A program made the translations under genes and the position numbers. Below are positions 26,531-39,103 of a stretch of 64,000 nucleotides of DNA, piece after piece. Each line of letters begins with the position of its first letter. The first letter of the stretch is position 1. This stretch comes from Mobula hypostoma (lineage: Eukaryota): NCBI RefSeq assembly GCF_963921235.1, contig NC_086097.1, forward strand, positions 53,694,001 through 53,758,000, in the 5' to 3' direction. The notes below the pieces were generated by a model. That model did not search any database and was not told where the DNA came from. It saw nothing but the letters and a program-made list of their open reading frames with translations.

Positions 26531-28535
26531 TTAGATTAGATTAGATTAGATTCAACTTTATTGTCATTGTGCCGAGTACAGATACAAAGCCAATGAAATG
26601 CATTTAGCATCTGACTAGAAATGCAGTGAATAGTGTTATTTACAAAATAACTGTGAATAAAAAACGTACTACAGTACACAAATATAAAAGTACTGAGACA
26701 GTACAGTATGGGTGCAATACTGCTTAGCGCTGTGATGAGAGGTTCAGCAGTGTCACAGCTTCAGGGAAGAAGCTCTTCCTGTGCCTGCTGGTGTGGGAGT
26801 GGAGGCTCCTGTAGCGCCTACCGGATGGGAGGAGAGTAAAAAGTCCATGGTTAGGGTGAGATGCATCCTTGATAATGCTTTTTGCCCTGCCCAGGCAGCG
26901 TTTATGGTAGATGTTCTCAATGGTCGGCAATTGGGTGCTGATAATCCGCTGGGCAGTTTTCACCACACGCTGGAGTGCCTTGCAGTCCGATACGGGACAA
27001 TTGCCATACCACACTGAGATGCAGTTGGTGAGTATGCTCTCAATGGTACAGCGGTAAAAGTCTGTCAGTATCCTGGGACAGAGGTGAGCTTTCTTCATGC
27101 TCCGCAGGAAATAAAGGTGCTGATGCACCTTTTTGATCAGGATGGAGGAGTTCAGGGACCAGGTGAGATCCTCGGAAATGTGGACACCAAGGAATTTGAA
27201 GCTTGATACACACTCCACTACAGCTCCGTTGATGTAGATGGGGACGTGAGTGTGGCTCCTAGCATGCCTGAAGTCCACAATGATCTCCTTGGTCTTCTGG
27301 GTGTTAAGGGCCAGATTGTTGTCGGCACACCACACAGCCAGGTGCTGAATCTCGTCCCTGTAGACCGTCTCGTCATCCCCTCTGATCAGACCAACCACCA
27401 TGGTGTCGTCTGCGAACTTGATTATGGAGTTAGAACCATGTACAGGAACGCAGTCACAAGTGAAAAGGGAGTACAGAAGAGGGCTCAGCGCACAGCCTTG
27501 AGGCATGCCAGTGTTCAAGGTAAGAGTGGAGGAGGAGAGGTTGTCTAACTTAACTGATTGGGGTTTGTTAGTCAGAAAGTCTAAGGTCCAATTGCAGAGG
27601 GATGAGCTGATACCAAGCTGGTGAAGTTTGGTGATCAGTTTGGAGGGGATCATAGTATTGAATGCTGAACTAAAGTCAATGAACAGCATTCTGACGTAAG
27701 AGATGGGGCTGTCCAGGTGGGTCAGGGCAGAGTGAAGTGCCGTGGAGATGGCATCCTCTGTAGACCTGTTGGTGAGACAGGCAAATTGATGAGGGTCCAG
27801 GGTAGAGGGCAGACAGGATTTCAGATGTGATAGAACCAGTCTCTCAAAGCACTTTGCAATGATGGGGGTGAGTGCAACTGGGCGGAAGTCATTCAGGATG
27901 TGGAATGCTTCGGCACTGGCACGATGGTGGCGATTTTGAAGCTTGTAGGGACAACTGCCTGTGCCAGGGACAGATTGAAAATGTCCGTGAAGACCCTGGC
28001 CAACTGCACTGCACAGACTCTGAGCACACGGCCAGGTATTCCATCCGGACCAGCTGCCTTCTGTATATTCACCCTGCTCAGGGTGGCGCAAACATCGGAG
28101 GTGGAAAGTGAGAGAGGCAGTTCACCAGGTGGGAGATCCGCTTTGAGGGTGGCCTCCTTGTTCTCGCGGTCAAAGCAAGCGTATAAGTAATTGAACTCAT
28201 CTGGGAGGGAAGCAGAGCTGGAAGGGGGCACAGTACTAGGTGGTTTTAAGTCTGTAATGACCTGTATGCCATGTCACATGCTCCTCGATTCTCTGCTTAT
28301 GTATGTGTTTAGCCTGAGAGATTCCCCTTCTCAGTTTGGCCCTGGCTGAGCTGTAAGCCTTCCGGTCTCCAGACCTGAAGGCTGAATCTCTGGCTTTGAG
28401 CAGGAGGCGAACTTCTCTGTTCATCCATGGTTTCTGATTGGGGAAAAATTTTATTTGTCTTTGTGATGTCACTCTATCTACACATTTGTTGATGTGTTCA
28501 AGGACAGAGTTGGTATATAAATCAAAGTTAACCTG
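26531..28535 (-). mobile_element. Rex1/Babar-clade LINE, 5'-truncated, RT nearly intact
   Basis: [68 protein letters not shown]; tail caataaagttgaa(tctaa)n; imperfect TSD agaggtat / agaggcat. Confidence 0.93.
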
Positions 28536-29061
28536 AGAGGCATATAAAGTTAGGAGGAGTATAGGAAGGCTAAATGCAAACAGGCATTTTCCGCTGAGGT
28601 TGGGTGAGACTGGAACCAGAGGTCATGGGTTAAGGCTGAAAGGTGAAATGTTTAAGGGGAACATGAGGGGGAGCTTATCCACTCAGAAGGTAATAAAAGT
28701 GTAGAATCAGCTGCCAGTGGAAGTGGTAATACAGGTTTGATCACAACATTTAAGAGAAATCTGGATACGTACATGGTTGGGAGGATATGGAGGGCTAATG
28801 TCTGGGATAGGATTAGGCAGATAATAATTTGACATGAACTAGATGGGCTAAAGGGCCTGCTTTTGTGCTGTAGTGTTCTATGACCTTATATCAATGACCT
28901 TGATGCAAATGCACAAAGATTTATCAGTAAGTTAGAGGATGACACAAATTTAGGAGGTTTTGATGATAGTGGAGAAGGTTATTATAAATCCCAGGGGGAT
29001 TACACCTTCGGAAAATGATGCTGTTAGGTGGTGATCCTTTGCATGCAGCTCCAATAGGAAT

Positions 29062-29310
29062 TGTTGTGCATTTAATATTTCAATGATATCTGAGTGATTT
29101 TGTAAATATATTGCTTGATTAAGCATTCCTGTTTGTTTAAGTAATTAATTACGGGTTGTATGTAAAAATACGTGATTTGCATATGTTCATCGCCCTACAT
29201 TGTGATACGTGTGCACTTTGCTTAAAGTAAACTCAAAGTGAGACCCGCATTTCGGACTCCTGTCTCTTCCTTTGAACTGGTTTAATATTTTGAAATTACA
29301 AAACATAACA
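29062..29310. mobile_element. Solo LTR, probably Ty3/Gypsy
   Basis: Termini TGTTGTG...CATAACA (imperfect inverted TG...CA) flanked by a 4-bp direct repeat gaat (29058-29061, 29311-29314). Confidence 0.7.
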
Positions 29311-29389
29311 GAATTCATCAAATATTCCTGTTTAGGACTACTACAGCTGAAACCAAATCGCAGCTATATGTACTTCAGTAAGCAATGTT

Positions 29390-31112
29390 TTAGGAAGATT
29401 AAAAATTCTATTGGTCCGCAAAATCGCTGGACCCGGGAAGGCAGATTCAGGTCCAAGGGAACAGGAAGCATGGAAGGCATGCTGGTCTGCAGGTACATTT
29501 GAACAGCAGAGACCTTAGACTGCCCACTCCCAACTATTCTACAGGTAAATTTACAACCTCTGCTAAATAAAATTGAAGAATTTAGAGCAAGACGGCAGTA
29601 CCAGAGGGACATCAAGGACTGTTGTGTACTTTGCTTCACAGAAACATGCTCATTCCCGCAAATTTGGACTTCAGCCCAATGGCTTCACCGCCCACCAAAG
29701 GACAGGATAGCTGAGTCTTTCAAAGCTGGAGAAGGTGAAGTATGCTTCATAATTAACTTCATCCCGGTGCACAGGTGTGGTGGTTCTGTCTCAATCCTGC
29801 TCACCCGATCTGGATCCTCTAGCAGTCAAATGTCAACCATTTTATCTGCCGAGGAAGTTTTCCACCATCATCCTGGTAGCGGTGTATATTCCACCTCTGG
29901 CCAACGTCAGGCAGGCGCTGATGGAGCCGAGCGCCATGATCAGTAGTCACAAAATACCGCACCCTTTCATCGTGGGTAATTTCAACCAGGCCAGTTTGAA
30001 GAAGTCTCTGAAGAACTACCAACAGCATATCACTTGTGGAACCAGAGGAATGATATTTCCACTGTTATACCACCATCATAAGGCATAAGGCGGGAGGAGA
30101 AGATGACAGCGCGACGCAACACGTGCAGCTCTCCTGTGAAATGATATCGTATCTGTTAAATAGGGGCCATAGACAATTCTGATTTGATGAAGACAGATGT
30201 GAGAAGCAGAGGAACATCTGGAGAAATTTCTGAAATGCCCGGTTCGCTGCCGTTACTGCTGTGCGATCGAGAATCTCTGGAGGGAAGGCCCCAAAATCCC
30301 CGGCTTTGCCTGCGGCTGGCGACCAAGGCTGAGGTCGAAGCGTTTGGATAGAGATGGTGCTTGGTACTCGGTGTCGGAGGGCTAATCAGAGCTCGAAGTT
30401 TTCGGATGGCTCAGAGTCGGACTGTGGTCGGACATGGCAAGGTGAGTTTTCTTCCTTCTCCCGTCTGCGTGAGATGTGGGACTTTCGAGAGACTTTGAAC
30501 TTTTTTACTGTGCCATGGCCTGTTCTTCATCAAGTTATGGTATTGTTGCACTTTTGTAACTATATGTTATAATTATGTGGTTTTTGTTAGTTTTTCAGTC
30601 TTGGTCTGTCCTGTGTTTCTGTGATATCACACCGGAGGAACATTGTATCATTTCTTAAAGCACGCATTACTAAATGACAATAAAAGGGGACTGCGTGTCC
30701 TCATAATCTAATAATCTAATCTAATCAGGAACACTTACCATGCCAACCCATGGCCACAAATTGGAAAATCCAATCACCTGGCTGTACTTCTACTCCTGAT
30801 ACACAGGCAGAGACTAAAGACTGGAGCAACAGTATCAAGAACCAAGAAGGTATGGTCAAGGGAGCTGGAGGAGCACTTATGATTGAAACTAGAGACAGAA
30901 TTGGATGCACGTCAGCCTCTGGCAGGGTTTACAGGCCATTACTTCCTACAAAGTGAAACCCAACATCATGAATGGCTGTGATGCTTCACTCCCAGATGAG
31001 CTCAATGCCCTTCATGCATGCTTTGGAAGGGAGAATACAAGTACACCTGTGTGAATCCCTGCGGCATCTGTTGACCCTGTGATCCCTGTCTCGGAGGCTG
31101 ACGTCACAACAT
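29390..31112 (+). mobile_element. Decayed Rex1/Babar LINE APE region, interrupted at about 30080-30725
   Basis: LLNKIEE, DCCVLCFTET, CSPDLDPLAVKCQPFYLPRKF, VAVYIPP, GNFNQA, CYTTI|RNTYHA, LPDELNA. Confidence 0.8.
30080..30725 (+). mobile_element. Non-coding retroposon of about 645 bp with a (TCTAA)n tail
   Basis: CpG-rich 5' end ggcgggaggagaagatgacagcgcgacg; 3' end aaatgacaataaaaggggactgcgtgtcctcataatctaa; a homologous tail lies at 63946-64000(-). Confidence 0.75.
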
Positions 31113-31129
31113 CTTTCCGGATGATGAAC

Positions 31130-31525
31130 CATTGAATGGTGGAAGGCCTTGAGAGAGTGGATGTGGAGTGGATGTGGAGAGGATGTTTCGTATGGTGGGA
31201 GAGTCTAAGATCAAAGGATACAGCCTCAGAGCAGAGGGGTGTCTTGTTAGGAAGGAAATGAGGAAGAATTTATTTAGCCAAAGAGTGGTGACTCTGTGGA
31301 ATTCTTTGCCACACATAGCTGTGGAGGCCAAGTCTTTATGTATATTTAAGGCAGGGGTTGATACATTCTTGATTGGACAGGACATGAGGGGATATAGAGA
31401 GAAGGCAGGAGATTGGGGCTGAGAGGAAAATTGGATCAGCCATGATGAAATGCTGGAGCAGACTCAATGGGCCAAATGGCCTAATTCTGCTCCTATACCT
31501 TATGGTCTTATGGCCTTATGGTCTT
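31130..31525 (+). mobile_element. CR1 3' fragment
   Basis: DVERMFRMVGESK..KNLFSQRVVTLWNSLP; tail (ttatggtc)n. Confidence 0.9.
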
Positions 31526-32514
31526 CCAACTCCTATGGTCTCAGCCTTGCAGATAATTTAAAATAATAATAAATGTGCCCAGAACTTTTCATGGTGTAAT
31601 AGTTCAGTTTCAGCTGCACATTTCCTCGACAATAAATTGCCAAAGAAGCACTGCTAAGGTGTAAAGTTAAGTGAAGCAGAGGAGTATTAGGTGCCTTAGC
31701 ATGAGTGAAAAATTCAACCACTGATAATGTCATGGGATTTTTATTCTCCCTGTTGCCCTTTACTATAGTTTCAGTCTTCTTGAAATGACAAAGGCAGTAG
31801 CATATTTCCCAAAAATTCATCCCATTATTCTTCTCTATCTCAATGGCCTGAAAAATAACACTTAATCACACACAACTAAATTTTACAAACTCTGTTTCCT
31901 TAACAGTTGTGTAGCTTAAAGGACACAACATGCAGATCGAGTTTTCTGTCATCACGAAAAGCAATGAACTGCGGAATCTCAAGCAAGGGCTCTCGAATGC
32001 TAGGAATGGTTTGCACATGGAGACAAAGGTCATGATCACTCCCAGATTCTTCGTTTCAAAATCATTCCAACCTGCTATTGCTGCTGCTCTCTGCCACGTT
32101 TTCAATGCATAGCTCCCTGCTCCACTATAGGGAGTATTGATATACCATACTGAGAGAGAAGAAACATAATCTGCTTTTCTCATCCCACAATCATTTTCTT
32201 GAATTGCATTGGTCCCCAATTTGCAGGCATTCGAAGACTGCACTTGTGTCATGGAACTTTTTACTGAGATATCCTTGGTAATCTCCGTGGGTACTGATGA
32301 CACAAATTCCAGTATTGAATGGTTGTTGCTCTTTCCTGAGGCCAGAGATATTCTATTTAAGCATGAGGCTGGGTTGGGGGCAGAGAGAGAAAGGCCTAAT
32401 TCATTTGAGGTAGGATGGTTCAGGACATTAATATATTGGAAATGTTATGTTACACATAGTGAATATTTTGGTTTAAAATGAATCACAATATCTGCCATTT
32501 CTCTGTCCATCATA

Positions 32515-32981
32515 CACTCAGTGGCCACTTTATTAGATACCGGAGGTACTCTTTGCTCTTCTTCACACAACTATTGTTACACCTGGTTGCCTTCCTGTCT
32601 GCTTGGACGTACCTGGTCGTTCTCCTCTGGCCTCTCTCATTAACAAGGTTTCACCCATAGAACTGGCGCTCACTGGATGTTTTTTTTTTTGTTTTTCACA
32701 CCATTCTCTGCAAACTCTAGAGACTGCTCTGTGTGAAAATCCCAGATGATTAGCAGTTTCTGAGACTCAAACTACCCTGTCTGAAACCAGCAATCATTCC
32801 ATTGTCAAAGTCACTTAAATCACATTTCTTCCCCATTATGATATTTGATCTAAACAACAACTGAACTCCTGATCATGTCTGCATGTTTTATGCATTGAGT
32901 TGCTGCCAAATGATTGGCTGATTAGATATTTACGTTAACAAGCAGGTGTGCAGATGTACCTAATAAAATGGCCACTGACCG
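32515..32981 (-). mobile_element. Tc1-derived deletion element (family 2)
   Basis: TA-cactcagtggccactttattagatac ... gtacctaataaaatggccactgaccg-TA. Confidence 0.88.
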
Positions 32982-33289
32982 TATGTTCTCCAATGACATA
33001 CCTATTCTCAATTCTCTTCACTGTTGATTAATTTGGGCACTGGGAGGTGCCCAAGAGCTGTGTGGGTTCAAGTTACTCTTGCACTTCCCCTGTCTGATAA
33101 TGCACCTCATACTGCTGATGCCCATCTTGTGACATGGACATTTAAAATGATGCTGAGCTCTACTGCTCCATTGCATCCTCTCCTAATAATTCTGTCTGCT
33201 TTATTGTAATTTCATTTCCTCCAAATTGGGTGGGGTGGGGCACTGCTTAAAACTTGATCTGAGCATGTCTAAACTTGATGGATTACTTA

Positions 33290-33860
33290 AGGTTGTTATA
33301 GCCGAGGGTGGTAGGGGGTTAAGCTCCCACTACCTATTAAATGCTCCCAATGGTGTGCATCTCAAATAGCCTCTGACAACCAAATAGCTCCTGGCCTTCA
33401 GATACAGCTTAGCTACTAAGCCCAGTGGAACTGTTTCTACCGATGGAAGTAGAGACAAATGTGGGTTACTGGCACCTTAAGACCAGTCACTTTGGGCAGA
33501 TGGGGCTCGTCAGCCATGGTTGGCAGCTCACCTAGGAGAAGAAAAGCTCAGGTGTCAAATCTCCACTGCCTGGTGGCTGTACCCATTCATGGGGAAAGCT
33601 TCGGGAGTAAACCCTAAGGATAAGTCTGCAGCTGGAATCCCTAAGGCATTCCTACATTGAGTTTGACACTGACTGACAACTCCTGAAACATCACTGGTGC
33701 CAAACAGTATTGGCCTCTGCCATTCCTCTGGATTCATCAGCTGCATGGGAAGGGGAAGCCTGCTATATGAGCAACAGCACTCTCTCCATATCATACTGCC
33801 CTGGCTTGCATAGACAGTTGAGACGCAGCATCCATGGTCGACCCAACCAACAGAGGGTCT
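33290..33860 (+). mobile_element. Non-autonomous element resembling an RTE-clade 5' UTR
   Basis: gggcagatggggctcgtcagccatggttggcagctcacctaggagaagaaaagctc...caaatctccactgcctggtggctgtaccc resembles recalled RTE/AviRTE 5' UTR motifs; GC-richer than its flanks. Confidence 0.5.
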
Positions 33861-34339
33861 CCAATTGTGAACATACCTCGAAATCAGCTATTATTCCATT
33901 ACCCAAATCCATGAAGTGGTCGACTTCCTTTGGTGGACAAAACATTCATTCTAAATATCAACAACGAGAGCTTCATTTATTTGCACATAAACATTCATTA
34001 ATAATTCTGACATTACACATGATGCATTAAAAATATGGCAACTTGGCCTGATCTCTTAAGTATCTTAGTTGTCCCAAAGTGCGTCTTAGTTCAAACCAGA
34101 GAATAAAATACAATTTCTGTGGCCTTTCCTTTATCCAAACAAGATTCAGAAAAGATACTGAAAATTAATCGTAATCATGGCAATTCTAGCACAACACACT
34201 TTCACTCTTTGCTGAAGTCAAAATAGATAATGAAGGATTTTGCATTATTTGTGAAAAAGTGAATTACGACAGAACAGGATTCAGCTCTAGACAATGATCC
34301 AGGATGAAGTAAAGCAAGTAAAAGTGATTAAAAAAAAAC

Positions 34340-34660
34340 TTTTCAGAATCAGTTTTAATATCACCAGTATATGTCATGAAATATGTTAACTTTACGGCAG
34401 CAGTACAATGAAATACATGATAAATAAAGAGAAAAAATTGAGTTACATTAATAATATGTCTATTAAATAGTTAAGTTAAAATAAGTACTGCAAAGAAACA
34501 GAAATAAAAAAGTGGTGAGGTAGCATTCATGGGTTGAATGTCCATTTAGGAATCGGATGACAGAGGGGAAGAAGCTGTTCCTGAATCTCAGAGTGTGTGC
34601 CTTTAGGCTTCTGTACCTCTTTCCCAACGGTAGTGTGAAGAGAGCATGTCCTGGGTGGTT
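34340..34660 (-). mobile_element. Rex1-type 3' end
   Basis: gaggggaagaagctgttcctgaatc...ctgtacctc, homologous to the Rex ORF2 C-terminus at 26760-26830. Confidence 0.65.
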
Positions 34661-37600
34661 TGTTGGATTATTATTTTAATATTTCACCAATTGGCAATGC
34701 ACATTGACATGAATGGGAATTTCAATGAAACTCACATACTCTTCCCTGTAGAGGATGCTGCTGCCAATTTCTTTGTCCAAATACAGAAAATTCACCGACG
34801 AACATCAACCAATTACACTAACACCAAAAGGACATTCCTTCCCCTCTGCCCCATTTTTTTCTTGTCACTCATGTCTGATCTTTTTAATGACTTCTTCATT
34901 CCAGCACAGTTAGGAGCATTTTTATCCGTAGCCAAGATTCCAGGCATGTTTCAGCAGAAATTCAGGGAAAAGGTCAAATTATTATTATTTTCCTTTAATT
35001 GGCTGATACTTGAATGAAGTATACTATTGGGAAGGGGTTGTATGAATAACAAACACTTCATTCAACAAGATTTGAGTAGATTTGCTGCACCACTTATCTT
35101 GTATGAAATTCACGATGAATTGTACTTGGAATGCTAAGTTTATCATTGCTTTCTTTGGAAATAACAAAATGAGAAAAAAGTCACCAGACCATGACATAAA
35201 CTGTGTGGAAAGTTCTCAAACTCCTGTAATTTGGTTTTGAAGAACTATGTGTGCATGCATGCATGCATGTTTGTGTATGTATGTGTGTGTGTTGGGCCAT
35301 ATGTACAAATATATCAACGTCTTCATAATTGTTTACCTGGAAATTTCTTAAGTATAAATTAGTCCAGGTTTGCAGTTTTTTCTCAATTGTCATAGTATAC
35401 TTTACTCAACTGTCCGCTTCAGTTAACATAATGACAACATGTAATCCTCCTACATTGCAAACGTATAGAAGATAAGATTGAGCATGGTTTGAATAACCTG
35501 AAACAATTTACTTGTTTGTATTGTATTTCCATTTTCTGTGGTAATTGCCAGCTAATAAAACCTCATGCATTCTGATGTCTGGATCTGTGCATTTTCAAGG
35601 ATTGTGCCAAGTCTTAGCAACACTTAAATTTATTATTAATACAATGCCCTTCTTGCAAACAATGAAGTTGTTTGGGTAAACATTACTGCTTGAGGTATAA
35701 AGAAATGATGAATATTAGTTTTTATGGAAAACATTTTAGGCTGAAAATATTTTTTCTCACTCAACCATCATTATTCTCTATTTACTTTAATTGATTACAG
35801 ACTGAACAGACCATAAGACCATAAGACCATCAGACCATAACAAATAGGAGCAGAATTAGGCCATTTGGCCCATCAAGTCTGCTCTGCCATCTCATCATGT
35901 CTGATCTATTTTTTTCTCTCAGACCCAGTCTCCTGCCTTCTCCCCGTATCCCTTCATGCCCTGATCAATAAAGAATCTATCAACTTCTGCCGTAAATATA
36001 TGTAAAGATTTGGCCACCACAGCTGCCTGTGGCAATGAATTCCACAGATTCACTGCTCTCTGGCTAAAGAAGTTTCTTCTCACCTCTGATCTAAAAGAAC
36101 ACCCCTCTGTTCTGAGGCTGTGTCCTCTGGTCCTAGACTCTCCCACCATAGAAAACATTCTCTCCACATCCACTCTATCAAAGCTTTCAACATTCAATAG
36201 GTTTCAATGAGGTCTCCTGTCATTCCTCTGAATCCTAGTGAACACAGGTTCATACAAATGCCTTTCAGATGCAAAGCCATTCAATCCTGGAACCATTTTC
36301 ATGAACCTCCTTTCAAATTTCTTCAGTGGCAGCACATCCTTTCCTAGGTAAGAGGCCCAAAACTGCTCACAATACTCTAAGTGAGGGTTCACAAGAGCTT
36401 TATCAAGCTTCAACATTATACCCTTTCTTCTATATTCTAGTCCTCTTGAAATGAACACCAACATCACATTTTCCCTCCTCACCACTGATAAAACTTGCAA
36501 ATTAACTTTTGGAAATATTGCTCAAGGTCTCCCAAGTCTATTATGCCTCAGAGTTTGTATTTTCTCTACATTTAAAAAATAGACTACCCTTTTATTTCTG
36601 CTACCAAAGAGCATGACCATACACTTCCCTACACTGTATTTCATCTGCCTTTTCTTTGCCCATTCTCCTAATCTTTATCCACACTAGTATCTTCCTGTAA
36701 TACCATGAGCTCTTAACTTGTTAAGCAACCTCACGTATGACACCTTGTTAAAAGGCCTTCTGAAAATCCAAGTGCACAACATCAACCAATTCTCCTTTGT
36801 CTAAACTGTTATTTCTTCAAAGAATTCCAACAGATGTGTCAGGCGTGATTTTCCCTTGAGAAAACCATGCTGACTCTGGCCTATTTTATCATGTGCCTCC
36901 AAGTACCCAAAACCACATCCTTAACAATCAATTCTAACATCTTCCCAACCACTGAGGTCAGATTAACTGGCCTATAGTTTCCTTTCTTCTGCCTCTCTTC
37001 CTTCTTGATGAGTGGAGTGACAATTGCAATTTTACAGTCTTCCAGAACCATTCCAAAATCAAGTGATTCTTGAAAGATCATTACTAACGTCGCCACAATT
37101 TCCTCAGCCACCTCTTTCAGAACTCTGGGGTGTACACCATCTGGTCCAGGTGACTTATTTACCTTCAGATCTTTCAGTTTCCCAAGAACCTTCTCCCTAG
37201 TATTGGCAACTTTGTACACTTCTGACACCTGACAATCTTGAACTTCCACCAAACTGTTTGTATCTTCCACAGTGAAGACTGGTGCAAAATACTTATTCTG
37301 ACTATCTGCCATTTTCTTGTCCCCCATTACTACCTCTCCAGCATCTTTTTCCAGTGGTCCAAAATCGACTCTCGCCTCTCTTTCACACTTCATGTATCTG
37401 ATGAAACTTTTGGTATCCTCTTTAATATTATTGGCTAGTCTACTTTTATATTCCATCTTTTCCCTCTTAATAACTTTTTTAGTTGCCTTCTATTGGTACT
37501 TTAAAACTTCCCAATCCTTTAACTTCCCATTAAATTTTGCTCTATTATATGCCCTCACTTTGGCTTTTATGTTGGTTTTGATTTCTATTGTTAGCCACAA

Positions 37601-38865
37601 TTGTGTCATCTTGCTTTTAGAATACTAGGGATGTAGGTATCCTGTGCCTTCCGAATTTCTTCCAGAAAATCCAGCCATTGCTGCTCTGCCATCATCCCTG
37701 CCAGTGTTCTTTTCCAATCATCTTTGGCCAACTCCTCTCTCATGCCACTGTAATTCCCTTTACTCCACTGTTATACTGATACATCTGACTTTAGCTTCAC
37801 CTTCTCAAATTTGAGGATGAATTGATAATATTATAATCGCTTGCCCTTAAGTCTATTTTTACCTTGGGCTTTCTGATCAATTTCAGCTCATTGCATATCA
37901 TTCAATCCAGAACAGCTGATTCCCTAAAGGGCTCAACCATGAGCTGCTCTAAGGAGCTGTCTCATAGGCATTCTGGAAACTTCCCTTCTTGGGATCCAGC
38001 ACCAATCTAATTTTCCCAATCTGTCCGCATATTGAAATTCCCAATGACTATTGTAACATTGCCTTTTTGGCATCCATTTTTTATCTTCTGCTGTAATTTG
38101 TAGACCACATCCTTACTACTGTTTGGGGTTCAGTATGTAACTCCCATCAGGGTCTTTTTACTCTTGCAGTTCCTTAGCTCTACAAACAATGATTCAACAC
38201 CTTCCAATCCTCTATCACCTCTTTCTAATGATTCGATCTAACTTTTTTACCAACAGAGCCATGCCAACCTGCCTGTCCTTTCGACACAATGTGTATCCTT
38301 GGATGTTAAGCTCCCAGCTAAAATCTTCCTTCAATCATTATTCAGGGATGCCTACAACATCATGCATGCCCATCTGTAACTGTGCTACGTTCATCTACCT
38401 TATTCCGTATATTGCACACATTCAAATATAACACTTCCAGTCCTGTATTCACCCTTTTCGATTCTGTCCTTTTTTTACATTGCAATTCATCCCATTGCTT
38501 GCAATTGTTCCCTATCATCATCCTCTCCTTGCTACACATTGCTTTGCTTTAAATCAATTACCTTACCCTCAGCACTATCACTCTGTTTCCCATCCCCTTG
38601 CCAAATTAGTTTAACATCCCTCTCCCCCAAACAACTCCAGCAAACATGCCGTTAAGAATATTGGACCCTCTCGGGTTCAGGTGTAACCCATTCCTTTTGT
38701 ACAGGTTGTACCTTCCCCAGAAGCGATCCCCAGTGATCTATAAATCTGAACCCCTGACCCCTGCACCAGTTCCTCAGCTACTCGTCTGCCATCTGCCAAA
38801 TCATCCTCTTCTTACTCTCACCGGCACATGGCCACAGGCGGCAATTCAGAGATTACTATCCTAGA

Positions 38866-39103
38866 AACACACATAAAAGTTGCTGGTGAACGCAGCAGGC
38901 CAAGCAGCATCTCTAGGAAGAGGCGCAGTCAACGTTTCAGGCCGAGACCCTTCGTCAGGACTAACTGAAGGAAGAGTGAGTAAGGGATTTGAAAGTTGGA
39001 GGGGGAGGGGGAGATCCAAAATGATAGGAGAAGACAGGAGGGGGAGGGATGGAGCCAAGAGCTGGAGAGGTGATAGGCAAAAGGGATATGAGAGATTTTT
39101 TCT
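38866..39103 (-). mobile_element. PLE 3' fragment with hammerhead core and 16-bp TSD
   Basis: TSD agattactatcctaga at 38850-38865 and 39104-39119. Confidence 0.9.
38926..38967 (-). ncRNA. Putative minimal type-I hammerhead ribozyme
   Basis: Minus strand reads agtc-CTGACGA-agggtctcggcct-GAAA-cgtt-gact. Confidence 0.6.

Larger units (their letters stand above)
23770..28886 (+). mobile_element. CR1 copy B, in three pieces: about 23770-24967, 26384-26530 and 28536-28886
   Basis: EILNELFASV...[10 protein letters not shown]...YCVQFLSP | KDINKFERV...MRGGLVEV | YK...3' UTR with tail gtgttctatga. Confidence 0.85.
23220..29000 (+). mobile_element. CR1 copy A (outermost), in two pieces: about 23220-23769 and 28887-29000
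   Basis: RT reads ...LVLGPL on the left and resumes YINDLD...FISKL.DDTNLGG after the inserts. Confidence 0.75.

Noticed and set aside
26724..28091. 455-aa ORF as a host or domesticated gene
   Set aside because: It is Rex1 ORF2 with an out-of-frame N-terminus, 5' truncation and a LINE tail.
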